A stretch of DNA of 33,045 nt from an uncultured Lachnospiraceae bacterium (GTDB taxonomy: Bacteria > Bacillota > Clostridia > Lachnospirales > Lachnospiraceae): the NCBI GenBank assembly GCA_900313435.1, contig OMRF01000266.1, positions 1 through 33,045 of the forward strand, read 5' to 3'. A program made the position numbers and the translations under genes. Positions 18,012 through 27,263 of this stretch are shown in pieces (positions within the stretch are counted from its first letter, which is position 1; each line of letters begins with the position of its first letter). The notes beneath the pieces are model-generated. The model searched no databases. It saw only the letters and a program-made list of their open reading frames with translations, and had not been told where the DNA came from.

Positions 18012-19527
18012 TTTCCGTCTCCTCCGATGATGCGTCCTTTTCCTCCGAAATATATTTGAGAGGGACCCTGACTGCAAATCGTGTCCCTTCATTAAGCGTA
18101 CTCTTTACCTTGATCTCGCCCTTATGCATCCTGATGACGTTCTGGGTAATAGCAAGCCCGAGTCCCGTACCGCCTATCTCACGGCTGTGGGATTTGTCGG
18201 CTCTGTAAAATCTTTCGAAAATATGCGGAATACTCTCCTCAGGTATACCTATCCCGTTGTCCTCAACATGGATATAGAAATAACGATGGTCGGAATTGAG
18301 GCTCACATGCACGAAGCCTCCCTTTTTGTTGTACTTGATCGCGTTTTCCATAAGGTTTGAGAGCGCAAGTGAAAACTTTGTTTCGTCTACCTCTGCTACG
18401 ATAGGCCTGAAGGTCTCGAGGACAAGCTCCACCTTCGCCTTTTCTGCCAGAGGGGAAAGCCTCTTCATAAGAAGCTCTAAAAGGTCATTGATCCTGACCT
18501 GTGAGACCGATATATCGCCTGAGCCACGGTCAAAGCGCACAAGCGTAAGAAGATCATTGACGATCTTTGTTTCCCGATCGATCTCGCCGGTTATATCAGT
18601 CATAAATTCCCTGTACATATCGACAGGGACATCCTCCATAGAATTCAGGGAATCCGCCAGAACCTTCATTGAAGCAAGCGGGGTCTTCAGCTCATGAGAG
18701 ACATTTGAAACAAATTCCTGTCTGGAATCGTTCATGGTCTTCATCACTTCGGCATAGCTGTTGAAATGGCCGGATATCTCCGCCACCTCAGTGGTAGAGT
18801 TTTCCTTCAGGACCGGTTCCGAAAATCCCTTCTCAACATCCGCTATTTCGGACGCAAGCCGCCTCAAGGGAGTTGTCAGATGTTTAGACGCAAAAAGTGA
18901 GAGCATAAAGGCCGCGACAATGTCTAAGGCAAGGAAAAGGATCAGAAATGAGCCTTGGGAATTCTTGGAGAGCGCGGTATTCTCCATAGAGCAGACGAAC
19001 ATTATGACACCGGACACGGGAACAGTCCCTGCCCTCTTTACAGGAGCGGAGGTTGCGGTCTTACTATTACCTGTCTCCTCACTCTCTCCCGTTATGGGAA
19101 CACATACCGTCAGAAAATTGTTTACATTATCCCTTTCATAGGCGGTTGCCCCGTTTAAGGCTTTTACTGCGATGTCCCAGATCACCGTCCTTCCCTCATA
19201 GAGGGAATAAGTGTCCTTTATGACACGGAGGGTCTTGTCAAGTACGAGTATTCTGCCTGAAAGTGACTGCGCAACCGAATCAAGGGTGATATTTACCGCC
19301 TCATCAGTGGGACTCTTTAAGTACCCGCTGGTAAGTATATCATTGCCAAGTATCTGGGATTCGCCTGTAACAGAAAGAACCTCGGCCTTCTCAGCCTCGC
19401 TTTCATAGACGAAGGAAAAACCGAGTGAAAAGAGGATGCACGGGACTATCCCTATGAGAAGACCGAATACAAAGATACGGCTCCTCATGCTCTTAAAAAG
19501 ATTTTTGAGTGAGAAGTGTTTTTTCAA
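17998..19527 (-). CDS. sensor histidine kinase (2 TM helices, extracytoplasmic loop, HAMP, HisKA, HATPase_c)
   Basis: 509 aa. The TTG start overlaps the regulator stop (TTGA). H-box FVSNVSHELKTPLASM, N-box LMENAIKYN, G-boxes DNGIGIP and GGTGLGLAI. Confidence 0.9.
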   Translation of the reverse strand: MKKHFSLKNLFKSMRSRIFVFGLLIGIVPCILFSLGFSFVYESEAEKAEVLSVTGESQILGNDILTSGYLKSPTDEAVNITLDSVAQSLSGRILVLDKTLRVIKDTYSLYEGRTVIWDIAVKALNGATAYERDNVNNFLTVCVPITGESEETGNSKTATSAPVKRAGTVPVSGVIMFVCSMENTALSKNSQGSFLILFLALDIVAAFMLSLFASKHLTTPLRRLASEIADVEKGFSEPVLKENSTTEVAEISGHFNSYAEVMKTMNDSRQEFVSNVSHELKTPLASMKVLADSLNSMEDVPVDMYREFMTDITGEIDRETKIVNDLLTLVRFDRGSGDISVSQVRINDLLELLMKRLSPLAEKAKVELVLETFRPIVAEVDETKFSLALSNLMENAIKYNKKGGFVHVSLNSDHRYFYIHVEDNGIGIPEESIPHIFERFYRADKSHSREIGGTGLGLAITQNVIRMHKGEIKVKSTLNEGTRFAVRVPLKYISEEKDASSEETENEDF

Positions 19528-20213
19528 GGCTTATAAAAATACCCGACACCCCATTTTGTCTGGATATAACGGGGTTCACCGGGGTTTTCTTCTATCTTTT
19601 CGCGAAGGCGCCTTACATGTACATCAACGGTACGGGCATCTCCCGGATAATCTGCGCCCCAGAGGGCCATAAGAAGATCATCCCTGGAGAATACCTTTCC
19701 GGGATTCGTCACAAAAAGGAAGAGCATATCAAATTCACGGGAGGTGAGATTGATCTCATTCTCTTTGACCATAAGCCGCCTGGAGCTCTTGTCGATCCAG
19801 ATGTCTCCGCTCTTGATCTCGGCGACTTCTTCACCCTTTTTGTCCGAGCCGAAACTCCGCCGCATGATGGCCTTGATCCGCGCCTTCACCTCAAGTATGT
19901 TGAAGGGCTTTGTGATATAGTCATCCGCCCCGTACTCAAGGCCGAGGATCTTGTCCATGTCATCGCCCTTCGCGGTAAGCATGACGATCGGCATGTCGGA
20001 AAACTCCCTTATCCTGCGGCAGACCTCGAAGCCGTCTACCTTCGGGAGCATGACATCGAGGAGTACCATATCATAACGGGTCTTCTCACTAAGATCGAGA
20101 GCCTCCTGCCCGTCATAAGCACAATCGACCTCCATGCCGTCCTGCTCGAGGGAAAACTTTATTCCCTTGACTATCAGCTTTTCATCATCAACGACAAGAA
20201 CTCTTTTTGACAT
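19524..20213 (-). CDS. OmpR/PhoB-family response regulator
   Basis: 229 aa. The receiver domain has VVDDE...LLDVMLP...LTAKG. The winged-helix output domain reads LTSREFDMLFLFVTNPGKVFSRDDLL...VDVHVRRLREKIE...IQTKWGVGYF. Confidence 0.93.
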   Translation of the reverse strand: MSKRVLVVDDEKLIVKGIKFSLEQDGMEVDCAYDGQEALDLSEKTRYDMVLLDVMLPKVDGFEVCRRIREFSDMPIVMLTAKGDDMDKILGLEYGADDYITKPFNILEVKARIKAIMRRSFGSDKKGEEVAEIKSGDIWIDKSSRRLMVKENEINLTSREFDMLFLFVTNPGKVFSRDDLLMALWGADYPGDARTVDVHVRRLREKIEENPGEPRYIQTKWGVGYFYKP

Positions 20214-20225
20214 AACAAACCTGCA

Positions 20226-20876
20226 CTATACCGTTATCTGATCCTTTATCTTTTCATAAAGACCGCTTTTTATGCCACTGATCTTTGTGATATCCTCAAT
20301 GCTCCTGAAGGGACCGTTCTTCTGACGAAAATCGACTATAAGCTTCGCTTTTGCTTCTCCTATCCCGGGAAGCGTCATGAGAGCTTTAGAGTCTGCCGTA
20401 TTGATATTGACCTTTGTGCCCCCTGCATCGCCCAAAGAAGCCTCTGAAATCGTTTCTTCCTCGCCCTCTCTCGGGACATATATCTTTTCCCCGTCACTTG
20501 CGACAGCCGCCTGATTAAGCCCGCTTATATCCGCGTCATTTGACAGTCCGCCGGCAAGCGCTATGAGCGAGAAGACCCTTGTGCCCTTTTCAACCTCAAA
20601 TACACCGGGAGCCATCACGGCACCCCTGACCTCAACAAAGATACTCTCCTCTTTTTTCGAAGACACCCTTGAAGTATCCGAATCAAGAGTATCCGTGGAG
20701 GATATTCTTTCAGTATCGCTCTTTGCCGTGCCATTACTGTCTTCAAAATATGAGGTATTCCCGCAGGATGTCAGAAAGAAGACAGAAAGAGAAAGCGATA
20801 CGACAAAAAGCTTAAAAAATATACCGGTTTTCAAAACAGGATTCCTTTCCAAAGTAAGAAAAGAAAGCCTGCTCAT
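20226..20876 (-). CDS. comEA: ComEA-family competence DNA receptor (SLBB + helix-hairpin-helix)
   Basis: SLBB-like region: VEVRGAVMAPGVFEVEKGTRVFSLIALAGGL...DGEKIYVP. HhH region: VNINTADSKALMTLPGIGEAKAKLIVDFRQKNGPF. The start is uncertain. A TTG at 20834, preceded by GAAAGGA, would give a cleaner lipoprotein-type signal (KTGIFFKLFVVSLSLSVFFLTSC). Confidence 0.85.
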   Translation of the reverse strand: MSRLSFLTLERNPVLKTGIFFKLFVVSLSLSVFFLTSCGNTSYFEDSNGTAKSDTERISSTDTLDSDTSRVSSKKEESIFVEVRGAVMAPGVFEVEKGTRVFSLIALAGGLSNDADISGLNQAAVASDGEKIYVPREGEEETISEASLGDAGGTKVNINTADSKALMTLPGIGEAKAKLIVDFRQKNGPFRSIEDITKISGIKSGLYEKIKDQITV

Positions 20877-20888
20877 CCTGACCGGTAT

Positions 20889-20916
20889 ATTCTAACATAT
20901 TACAAAATTATTACAA
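20889..20916 (-). promoter_or_regulatory. candidate promoter TTGTAA-16 nt-(TGT)TAGAAT upstream of comEA
   Basis: The minus strand reads TTGTAA (20916-20911), a 16-nt spacer ending in TGT, then TAGAAT (20894-20889). Its closeness to the ATG at 20876 argues for the downstream TTG start. Confidence 0.4.
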
Positions 20917-20923
20917 TTGTTTT

Positions 20924-22114
20924 TCAAAGAAGTTTTGATAATATTTCCTTCATCCTGTCAAAATCCTCTTTTTCGGCGATCAAAGGAGGCAGCATCCTGA
21001 CCACATTGCCTTCTGCCGTAAGGAGAACGAGCCCCTCCTGAAGGGCTTTTGAAACGATATCGCCCGCCTTAACGGAAGGGTCGATCAAAAGTCCCTGAAT
21101 GAAGCCGTCTCCGCGGTGTTCCTTCACTATGGAAGATCCCTTCGTAATCTCTTCAAGCACCTCCTCAAAATAAGGAGTAAGCTCTTTAACATGCTCTCTC
21201 ACCTTTCGCTCCTTCATCAGCCTGATGGAAAGTGATATGGCAAATGTGCTTAAGGGATTTCCGCCGTAGGTTGAACCATGGTCCCCGGGCTTTAAGGAGT
21301 TTTCGGCGACACGCTCAGTAACGAGGAAGGCTCCCGCCGGAAGTCCGAGTCCTATTGCCTTTGCGGTAGTAAGTATATCAGGCATTACGCCATATTTCTG
21401 GAAGGTATAGAATTCACCGGTCCTGCACATCCCGCACTGTATCTCGTCTAGGATCAGGAGAATGTCGTTCTCGTCGCAGAGCCTTCTGACCCCCTTCAAA
21501 AACGCCTCTGTCGCGGGATGTATGCCACCCTCTCCCTGCAGCGTCTCCATGATTATCGCGCAGGTCCTTTTGTCTATCAGTTTCTCAACCGAGGAAAGGT
21601 CATTAAAGTCAGCAAAGCTTACTCCATCCACCAAAGGATAGAAGGGAGACCTGTAAGAGTCAGTCCCCGTAACGGAGAGGGAACCCATGGTCCTTCCGTG
21701 AAAGGAGGAATTCATGGCTATGATCCTCGCATCATTCTTCCCCGTCCGGTTAAAGTAATACCTCTTTGCGGTCTTTAAAGCACCTTCGACAGCCTCGGCG
21801 CCGCTGTTCGTAAAGAAGACCCGATCAAGCCCAGATATCTCCTTCACTGCTGCCGCGGCCTTTATGAGAGGCTCTGTATAATAGAGGTTTGATACATGAA
21901 CGAGCTTTTCAAGCTGTGATGAAATCTCACCTGCTATCTCTTTGTCACCGTAGCCGAAGGCGTTCACCCCGATGCCTGATGCGAAGTCGAGGTACCTTTT
22001 TCCTTCATTGTCGAAAAGATACATGCCCTCTCCGCTTGAAAAGACTACGGGAAACCGGTTATAGACCCCGATCAGATCCTCATTTGCCTTCTTTATGGCC
22101 TCATCCTTTGTCAT
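20924..22114 (-). CDS. argD: acetylornithine aminotransferase (class III PLP aminotransferase)
   Basis: 396 aa. Motifs: FTNSGAEAVEGALK, SFHGRT, LILDEIQCGMCRTG, and the PLP-lysine region DILTTAKAIG. Last gene of the arg cluster. Confidence 0.9.
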   Translation of the reverse strand: MTKDEAIKKANEDLIGVYNRFPVVFSSGEGMYLFDNEGKRYLDFASGIGVNAFGYGDKEIAGEISSQLEKLVHVSNLYYTEPLIKAAAAVKEISGLDRVFFTNSGAEAVEGALKTAKRYYFNRTGKNDARIIAMNSSFHGRTMGSLSVTGTDSYRSPFYPLVDGVSFADFNDLSSVEKLIDKRTCAIIMETLQGEGGIHPATEAFLKGVRRLCDENDILLILDEIQCGMCRTGEFYTFQKYGVMPDILTTAKAIGLGLPAGAFLVTERVAENSLKPGDHGSTYGGNPLSTFAISLSIRLMKERKVREHVKELTPYFEEVLEEITKGSSIVKEHRGDGFIQGLLIDPSVKAGDIVSKALQEGLVLLTAEGNVVRMLPPLIAEKEDFDRMKEILSKLL

Positions 22115-22116
22115 CC

Positions 22117-23034
22117 CTATACTCTCCTTCCTTCAGGATCGTAGAATTTCTCGTCCCTGTCGTGAAGTATCGCCGTCCCTATGCCCTTGTTCGTAAATAT
22201 CTCAAGCAGAAGGCAGTGAACTATCCTGCCGTCAAGGATATGCACTCTTGAAACACCGTTCTCTACCGCATGTATGCAGTTCATTATCTTGGGAAGCATC
22301 CCGCCTGAGATAGTGCCGTCCTCTATGAGCTCTCTTGCCTCCTGGACCGTGATCTCGGATATGAGCGATGACGGATCGTTTACATCCCGAAGGATCCCCG
22401 GCTCATCCGTAAGAAATGCAAGCTTTTCAGCCTTTATAGCCTCCGCTATGGCGCAGGCGGCATCATCCGCGTTGATGTTATAGGTATTGAACTCGTTGTC
22501 CAGTCCAAGAGGACACACTATGGGAAGGAAGTCCTTCTCAAGCAGGTCAAGGAGGATCTTGGGAGAAACCTTTGTGATCTCTCCAACAAAGCCTATATCC
22601 TCACCGCTCTTTGAAAACTTTTTCTTTACGGTAAGCATACGCCCGTCCTTGCCGCTTATCCCCACGGCATTCACTCCGAGAGACTGGACCATTGAAACTA
22701 GGGACTTGTTCACACGGTTTAAGACCATCTCGGCAACTTCCATGGTCTCTTCATCGGTCTTTCGAAGTCCGTCCACAAACTCGCTCTCATGCCCCATAAT
22801 CTTAACCCATCTGCTTATGTCCTTTCCGCCTCCGTGGACTATGACGGGCTTGAAGCCTACGAGTTTCAAGAGCGTTACGTCCCTGATAACTTCATTCTTA
22901 AGAGTTTCGTCAAGCATGGCGGAGCCGCCGTACTTCACAACTATTATCCTCCTGTTGAAGCGCTGTATGTACGGAAGCGCCTCAACAAGTATCCCTGCCT
23001 TTTCCTGAAGATCAAGTATCTCTTCGTTATTCAA
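22117..23034 (-). CDS. argB: acetylglutamate kinase
   Basis: 305 aa, TTG start with a GAAGGAGA RBS. Motifs: [32 protein letters not shown]. Confidence 0.95.
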   Translation of the reverse strand: MNNEEILDLQEKAGILVEALPYIQRFNRRIIVVKYGGSAMLDETLKNEVIRDVTLLKLVGFKPVIVHGGGKDISRWVKIMGHESEFVDGLRKTDEETMEVAEMVLNRVNKSLVSMVQSLGVNAVGISGKDGRMLTVKKKFSKSGEDIGFVGEITKVSPKILLDLLEKDFLPIVCPLGLDNEFNTYNINADDAACAIAEAIKAEKLAFLTDEPGILRDVNDPSSLISEITVQEARELIEDGTISGGMLPKIMNCIHAVENGVSRVHILDGRIVHCLLLEIFTNKGIGTAILHDRDEKFYDPEGRRV

Positions 23035-23050
23035 AACTTATCTCCTTCTT

Positions 23051-24334
23051 CTAAGAGCGATAATCGCCGTTTATCTTCACATAATCGTATGTAAGGTCAC
23101 ATCCAAAGGCTCTGGCTTCTTCATGCCCCGCCTTCATATCGCAGACTATGATAACATGCTTCCCTGACAAAATCTTAGTCGCCTTTTCTTCGCTGTAGTC
23201 CGTTGCGACACCGTCACGCACAAGAATATAGCCTGGAAGCTCGTAAGAATAATCCTTTCCCTGCGCTTCAGATGACAGTTCCTCTTTCGGCCCCGCGCCC
23301 GAAAGGATATAGATGTCCGTATGATCGGGATCGAAGGAGACCCCGGAGTAACCCATGGCGCACATTATCCTTCCCCAGTTCGCATCGTTTCCGAAGACGG
23401 CCGCCTTTATCAGATTTGAACATATCACGCTTTTTGAAAGCGTGACCGCGTCATCATAAGATTGGGCATTTATGACCCTGCACTCCATAAGCTTTGTAGC
23501 GCCCTCGCCATCCTGCGCCATAGACATGGCAAGGAACTTGGTCACGACAGAAAGGGCTGAAAGAAAGATTTTATAGCCCTCCTCGTTTTCGCCCGTTATC
23601 CTTTTATTTTCGGAAAGACCGTTCGAAAGCAGGAAACAGCTGTCATTCGTAGACGTATCACCATCTACGGAGATCATATTAAAGCTCTTTTGAACGCATG
23701 TTAAGAGTGCCTTTTGAAGGAGCTGCCTTTCCATGTCAACATCGGTCGTTATGAAGGAGAGCATCGTACACATATTGGGATGGATCATCCCTGATCCCTT
23801 TGTCATAGCGCCTATCGTAACTTCCTTCCCGTCTATCTCAAAGGAGACTGCTACCTCCTTTTCATGGGTATCTGTCGTAAGGATGGCGCGGGCCGCCTTA
23901 AGTGCAGCTTCACTGCCCCTTTCAAGGCTTCCCTTCATGATATCGATGCCGTTTTTTATCTTTTCAATGTCGATCTTCTGTCCGATGACACCGGTTGATG
24001 CGACAAGAACCGAGTCATCCGGAAGGGAAAGCGCTTCTTTTACCTTCCTTCCGGTCTCATCACAGATCTTCATTCCGTCCTCACCACATGAAGCATTAGC
24101 GATGCCTGTATTTACAACTACGGCAGAGATACGTGCTTCTTTCTTAAGGAGCGCCATATCATACTTCACCGGCGCTGCCTTCGCTACATTCGAGGTAAAG
24201 GTTCCCGCATAGTCGCAGGGCGTCTCCGAATAGATGAGAGCCATATCGGGGTGATCCTCATACTTGATCCCCGCTGCACAGGATGAGACCAGAAAGCCCT
24301 TCGGCGCGGTAACGCCGCCTTCAACTATCTTCAT
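23051..24334 (-). CDS. argJ: ornithine acetyltransferase / glutamate N-acetyltransferase ArgJ
   Basis: 427 aa. The autoproteolytic site context is HPNMCTMLSFITTD. Also present: GITAPKGF-like GVTAPKGF and DGDTSTND. Confidence 0.95.
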   Translation of the reverse strand: MKIVEGGVTAPKGFLVSSCAAGIKYEDHPDMALIYSETPCDYAGTFTSNVAKAAPVKYDMALLKKEARISAVVVNTGIANASCGEDGMKICDETGRKVKEALSLPDDSVLVASTGVIGQKIDIEKIKNGIDIMKGSLERGSEAALKAARAILTTDTHEKEVAVSFEIDGKEVTIGAMTKGSGMIHPNMCTMLSFITTDVDMERQLLQKALLTCVQKSFNMISVDGDTSTNDSCFLLSNGLSENKRITGENEEGYKIFLSALSVVTKFLAMSMAQDGEGATKLMECRVINAQSYDDAVTLSKSVICSNLIKAAVFGNDANWGRIMCAMGYSGVSFDPDHTDIYILSGAGPKEELSSEAQGKDYSYELPGYILVRDGVATDYSEEKATKILSGKHVIIVCDMKAGHEEARAFGCDLTYDYVKINGDYRS

Positions 24335-24349
24335 AACAAACTCTTTTCC

Positions 24350-24817
24350 TTATTCGTTGAAATGTGTGATATTGTCGTCATTGAGCGGCATCTCGTAATA
24401 GTTGATGTCGCCCCGCTCGATAAAGCCCTCCGCGTTCCAGAAGAGGTTTCCGACCTCGTTTCCCTTGAAGGCTATGAGGGTAACTTTGTTTATATGCTCT
24501 CTCTTGAGCGCGTCCATCGCGTATTGCACCATCGCGCGCCCTATCCCCCGCCGCCTGAAGTCACTGGAAACACAGACATGATAGAAACAGGCATTTCGTC
24601 CGTCGGAGCCGCATAGTATGGATCCTACTATGGTCCCGTCGGGAAGACAGGCCACTATCGAAGTCTTCGGATTTCTCCTTATGAAGCGTTCCACAAACTC
24701 CTCTGAGTCGTCTATAGTCCTGATGCCAAAGCCCTTGATAGTCATCCAAAGCGCCCTGACATTTGTTATATCGTCTGTCGTCATGGGACGGACATAATAC
24801 AGGGTCTCACTTTTCAA
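24350..24817 (-). CDS. GNAT-family N-acetyltransferase embedded in the arg operon
   Basis: 155 aa. The TTG start overlaps the argC stop (TTGA) and has an AGGTGG RBS 7 nt upstream. The acetyl-CoA motif A reads HVCVSSDFRRRGIGRAMV. Confidence 0.85.
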   Translation of the reverse strand: MKSETLYYVRPMTTDDITNVRALWMTIKGFGIRTIDDSEEFVERFIRRNPKTSIVACLPDGTIVGSILCGSDGRNACFYHVCVSSDFRRRGIGRAMVQYAMDALKREHINKVTLIAFKGNEVGNLFWNAEGFIERGDINYYEMPLNDDNITHFNE

Positions 24818-25899
24818 AACGCGGCCACCTGTAAAAGTCCTTCCTCCTCGGGAAGCGCGAACATGATATTCATATTCTGGACCGCCTGTCCTGCTGCCCC
24901 CTTTACGAGGTTGTCAAGCGCGCCGGCCATCACTACCCTCTTTGTCCTTTCATCAACGGTAAAGCCTATATCCGTAAACTCTGAGCGGGCGGTAAATCTT
25001 GTCTCGGGCCAGCTTCCCTTTGGAAGAAGCCTGATAAAGCGTTCGGTGCCATAATACTTCTCATAGGCTGCCCTTATCATGGTCTCATCCGGGTATGTGC
25101 CATCAGGAAGTGCCTTTAAGGAAGCGTATTCCGTAGCAAGGATCCCGCGATGCATGGGGATGAGATGAGGAGTGAAATTGATAAGGATGGGATCTCCGTC
25201 GCCTCCTGCGTTTCTTTTCGCGTAGCCAAGCTGCTCCTCGATCTCCGGCGTATGCCTGTGAGTCGTGACACCATAAGGCTTCACGGACTCGTTCACCTCG
25301 CAGAAAAGGTTCTGAACCTTTGCTGACCGTCCCGCTCCGGAGGTACCGCTTTTTGCGTCTACTATCAATGTATCCTCATCTATGAGGCCCTCTGCCACAA
25401 GAGGATAAGCCGTAAGTATCGAGCATGTGGTAAAGCACCCGGGATTTGCGATGAGACGTGCCTTCTTTATTTCTTCCCGATTTATCTCGCAAAGACCGTA
25501 GACAGCCTCGGAAAGAAGAGACGGATCATCATCTCTGTCGATACCGGGATACCATTTTTTATAGACTTCGATATCCTTCAGCCTGTAGTCCGCGGAAAGA
25601 TCTATTACCTTTGTCTTTGATAGGATCTCCTTTGAAAGGCAGGAGGAAAGGTAGCCCTGAGGCGTTGCCGTGAAGATGACATCACATTCCTCTGCCATGA
25701 CATCAAGGGCCGGTTCCCTTAAGACATCATATTTTTCATCTATAAGCCCTCTGAAATATGGGAATACTTCGGAAAACCTCTGCCCCGCGTAGGTTCGAGA
25801 ACCGTAAAAAACCGTTTCCGCATCCGGGTGACTAATGAGGATCCTTGCGATCTCTGCACCCGCGTAGCCAGTGGCACCCAGAATACCGACCTTTATCAT
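24814..25899 (-). CDS. argC: N-acetyl-gamma-glutamyl-phosphate reductase
   Basis: The track starts at a TTG at 25917. I prefer the ATG at 25899 (MIKVGILGATGYAG) with an AGGAAGG RBS. The active-site region is ANPGCFTTC. Confidence 0.93.
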   Translation of the reverse strand: MIKVGILGATGYAGAEIARILISHPDAETVFYGSRTYAGQRFSEVFPYFRGLIDEKYDVLREPALDVMAEECDVIFTATPQGYLSSCLSKEILSKTKVIDLSADYRLKDIEVYKKWYPGIDRDDDPSLLSEAVYGLCEINREEIKKARLIANPGCFTTCSILTAYPLVAEGLIDEDTLIVDAKSGTSGAGRSAKVQNLFCEVNESVKPYGVTTHRHTPEIEEQLGYAKRNAGGDGDPILINFTPHLIPMHRGILATEYASLKALPDGTYPDETMIRAAYEKYYGTERFIRLLPKGSWPETRFTARSEFTDIGFTVDERTKRVVMAGALDNLVKGAAGQAVQNMNIMFALPEEEGLLQVAAF

Positions 25900-25927
25900 A
25901 AAACGCCTTCCTTTCAATCGTCCGAAG

Positions 25928-25936
25928 ATTATAGCA
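25928..25936 (-). promoter_or_regulatory. candidate extended -10 promoter (TGCTATAAT) for argC operon
   Basis: The minus strand reads tttGCTATAATctt about 30 nt upstream of the argC ATG. It is a perfect TATAAT with a TGn extension, and the -35 is poor. Confidence 0.4.
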
Positions 25937-25940
25937 AATC

Positions 25941-25958
25941 TATGTAAAATAATAAAGT
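25941..25958. promoter_or_regulatory. weak candidate ARG box (ArgR/AhrC operator) in the argC/argG divergent region
   Basis: TATGTAAAATAATAAAGT matches about 7 of 10 core positions of the TGAAT-wwww-ATTCA consensus as I remember it. It is AT-rich and lies between the two divergent promoters. Confidence 0.2.
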
Positions 25959-25964
25959 AAGTGT

Positions 25965-25992
25965 TTGCGCCGTCTCTCTTTTTCAGTATAAT
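25965..25992 (+). promoter_or_regulatory. candidate promoter TTGCGC-16 nt-TATAAT for argG
   Basis: TTGCGC is at 25965-25970 and TATAAT is at 25987-25992, about 47 nt upstream of the argG ATG. Confidence 0.45.
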
Positions 25993-26038
25993 ATGAAGCC
26001 GTACCCCGTTTTTTTCAATCTAAAGAAAGGACGAAAAA

Positions 26039-27262
26039 ATGGCAAAGGAAAAAGTAATACTCGCCTACTCCGGCGGTCTTGACACAACGGCGATCATCCC
26101 CTGGCTCAAGGAAAATTATGACTATGACGTTGTCTGCTGCTGCGTTGACTGCGGACAGGAGTCAGAGCTTGACGGACTCGATGAGAGGGCAAAGCTCTCA
26201 GGCGCTGAAAAGCTCTACATCGAGGACATCACGGATGACTTCTCTGACAATTATATCGTGCCCTGTGTACAGGCAGGCGCTGTCTATGAACACAAATACC
26301 TTCTTGGCACCTCGATGGCGCGTCCCGCTATAGCAAAGCGCCTGGTTGAGATCGCGCGTAAGGAAGGCGCCACCACTATCTGCCATGGAGCTACAGGAAA
26401 GGGAAATGACCAGATACGTTTCGAACTCGGAATCAAGGCTCTGGCTCCGGATCTTAAGATAATAGCAGCATGGCGTGATCCGAAATGGACCATGGACTCA
26501 AGGGAATCCGAGATCAAGTATGTCCACGACCACGGCATAGACCTTCCCTTCTCGGATGACAACTCCTATTCAAGGGACAGGAATCTCTGGCACATAAGCC
26601 ACGAGGGTCTTGAACTTGAGGATCCGGCAAACGCCCCGAACTATGACCATCTCCTCGTCCTTGGCGTCACCCCCGAAAAGGCTCCTGACAAGCCTGTTGA
26701 AGTCACGATGACCTTTGAGCATGGTGTTCCGAAATCAGTGAACGGAAGGGAAATGAAGGTCTCTGATATCATAAGGACATTAAACAAGCTCGGCGGAGAA
26801 AACGGAATAGGGATAATAGACATCGTTGAGAACCGCGTTGTCGGAATGAAATCAAGAGGTGTTTATGAGACTCCCGGCGGAACCATCCTTATGGAGGCTC
26901 ATGACCAGCTTGAAGAGCTCATCCTTGACAGAGAGACAATGGAGATGAAAAAGAAGATAGGCTCCTCCTTCGCACAGACTGTATATGAGGGCAAGTGGTT
27001 CACCCCTCTTCGCGAAGCTATGCAGGCCTTCATCGAAAGTACCCAAAGGTATGTGACAGGCGAAGTGAAATTCCGTCTCTACAAAGGAAACATCATAAAG
27101 GCGGGAACAACCTCTCCCTATTCACTTTATTCCGAATCCCTCGCATCCTTTACGACAGGAGATCTTTACGATCATCATGATGCCCAGGGCTTCATAACCC
27201 TCTTCGGCCTCCCTTCAAAAGTAAGGGGATTGAAGATGATGGAACTTTCTGAAAAGAAGTGA
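26039..27262 (+). CDS. argG: argininosuccinate synthase
   Basis: 407 aa. Motifs: AYSGGLDTT (N-type ATP-PPase), HGATGKGNDQIRFE, SRDRNLWH, ENRVVGMKSRGVYETPGG. It is the only plus-strand gene in the window. Confidence 0.96.
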   Translation: MAKEKVILAYSGGLDTTAIIPWLKENYDYDVVCCCVDCGQESELDGLDERAKLSGAEKLYIEDITDDFSDNYIVPCVQAGAVYEHKYLLGTSMARPAIAKRLVEIARKEGATTICHGATGKGNDQIRFELGIKALAPDLKIIAAWRDPKWTMDSRESEIKYVHDHGIDLPFSDDNSYSRDRNLWHISHEGLELEDPANAPNYDHLLVLGVTPEKAPDKPVEVTMTFEHGVPKSVNGREMKVSDIIRTLNKLGGENGIGIIDIVENRVVGMKSRGVYETPGGTILMEAHDQLEELILDRETMEMKKKIGSSFAQTVYEGKWFTPLREAMQAFIESTQRYVTGEVKFRLYKGNIIKAGTTSPYSLYSESLASFTTGDLYDHHDAQGFITLFGLPSKVRGLKMMELSEKK

Positions 27263-27263
27263 G

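Noticed and set aside
17094-18092. N-terminal extensions given by the ORF track for the GerMN gene (18092), ilvE (14544), argC (25917), the small acidic protein (1438) and the rluF-like gene (30869)
   Set aside because: The extended starts lack an RBS or lie inside the RBS of a better downstream start. In the GerMN case the extension would also overlap the kinase gene by 95 nt. I used the downstream starts, which have GGAGG-type sites at 5-9 nt.
20877-20923. Terminator after argD (ACAATTGT palindrome)
   Set aside because: It is only an 8-nt self-complementary core with no loop and no T-run. The spacer is better explained as the comEA promoter.
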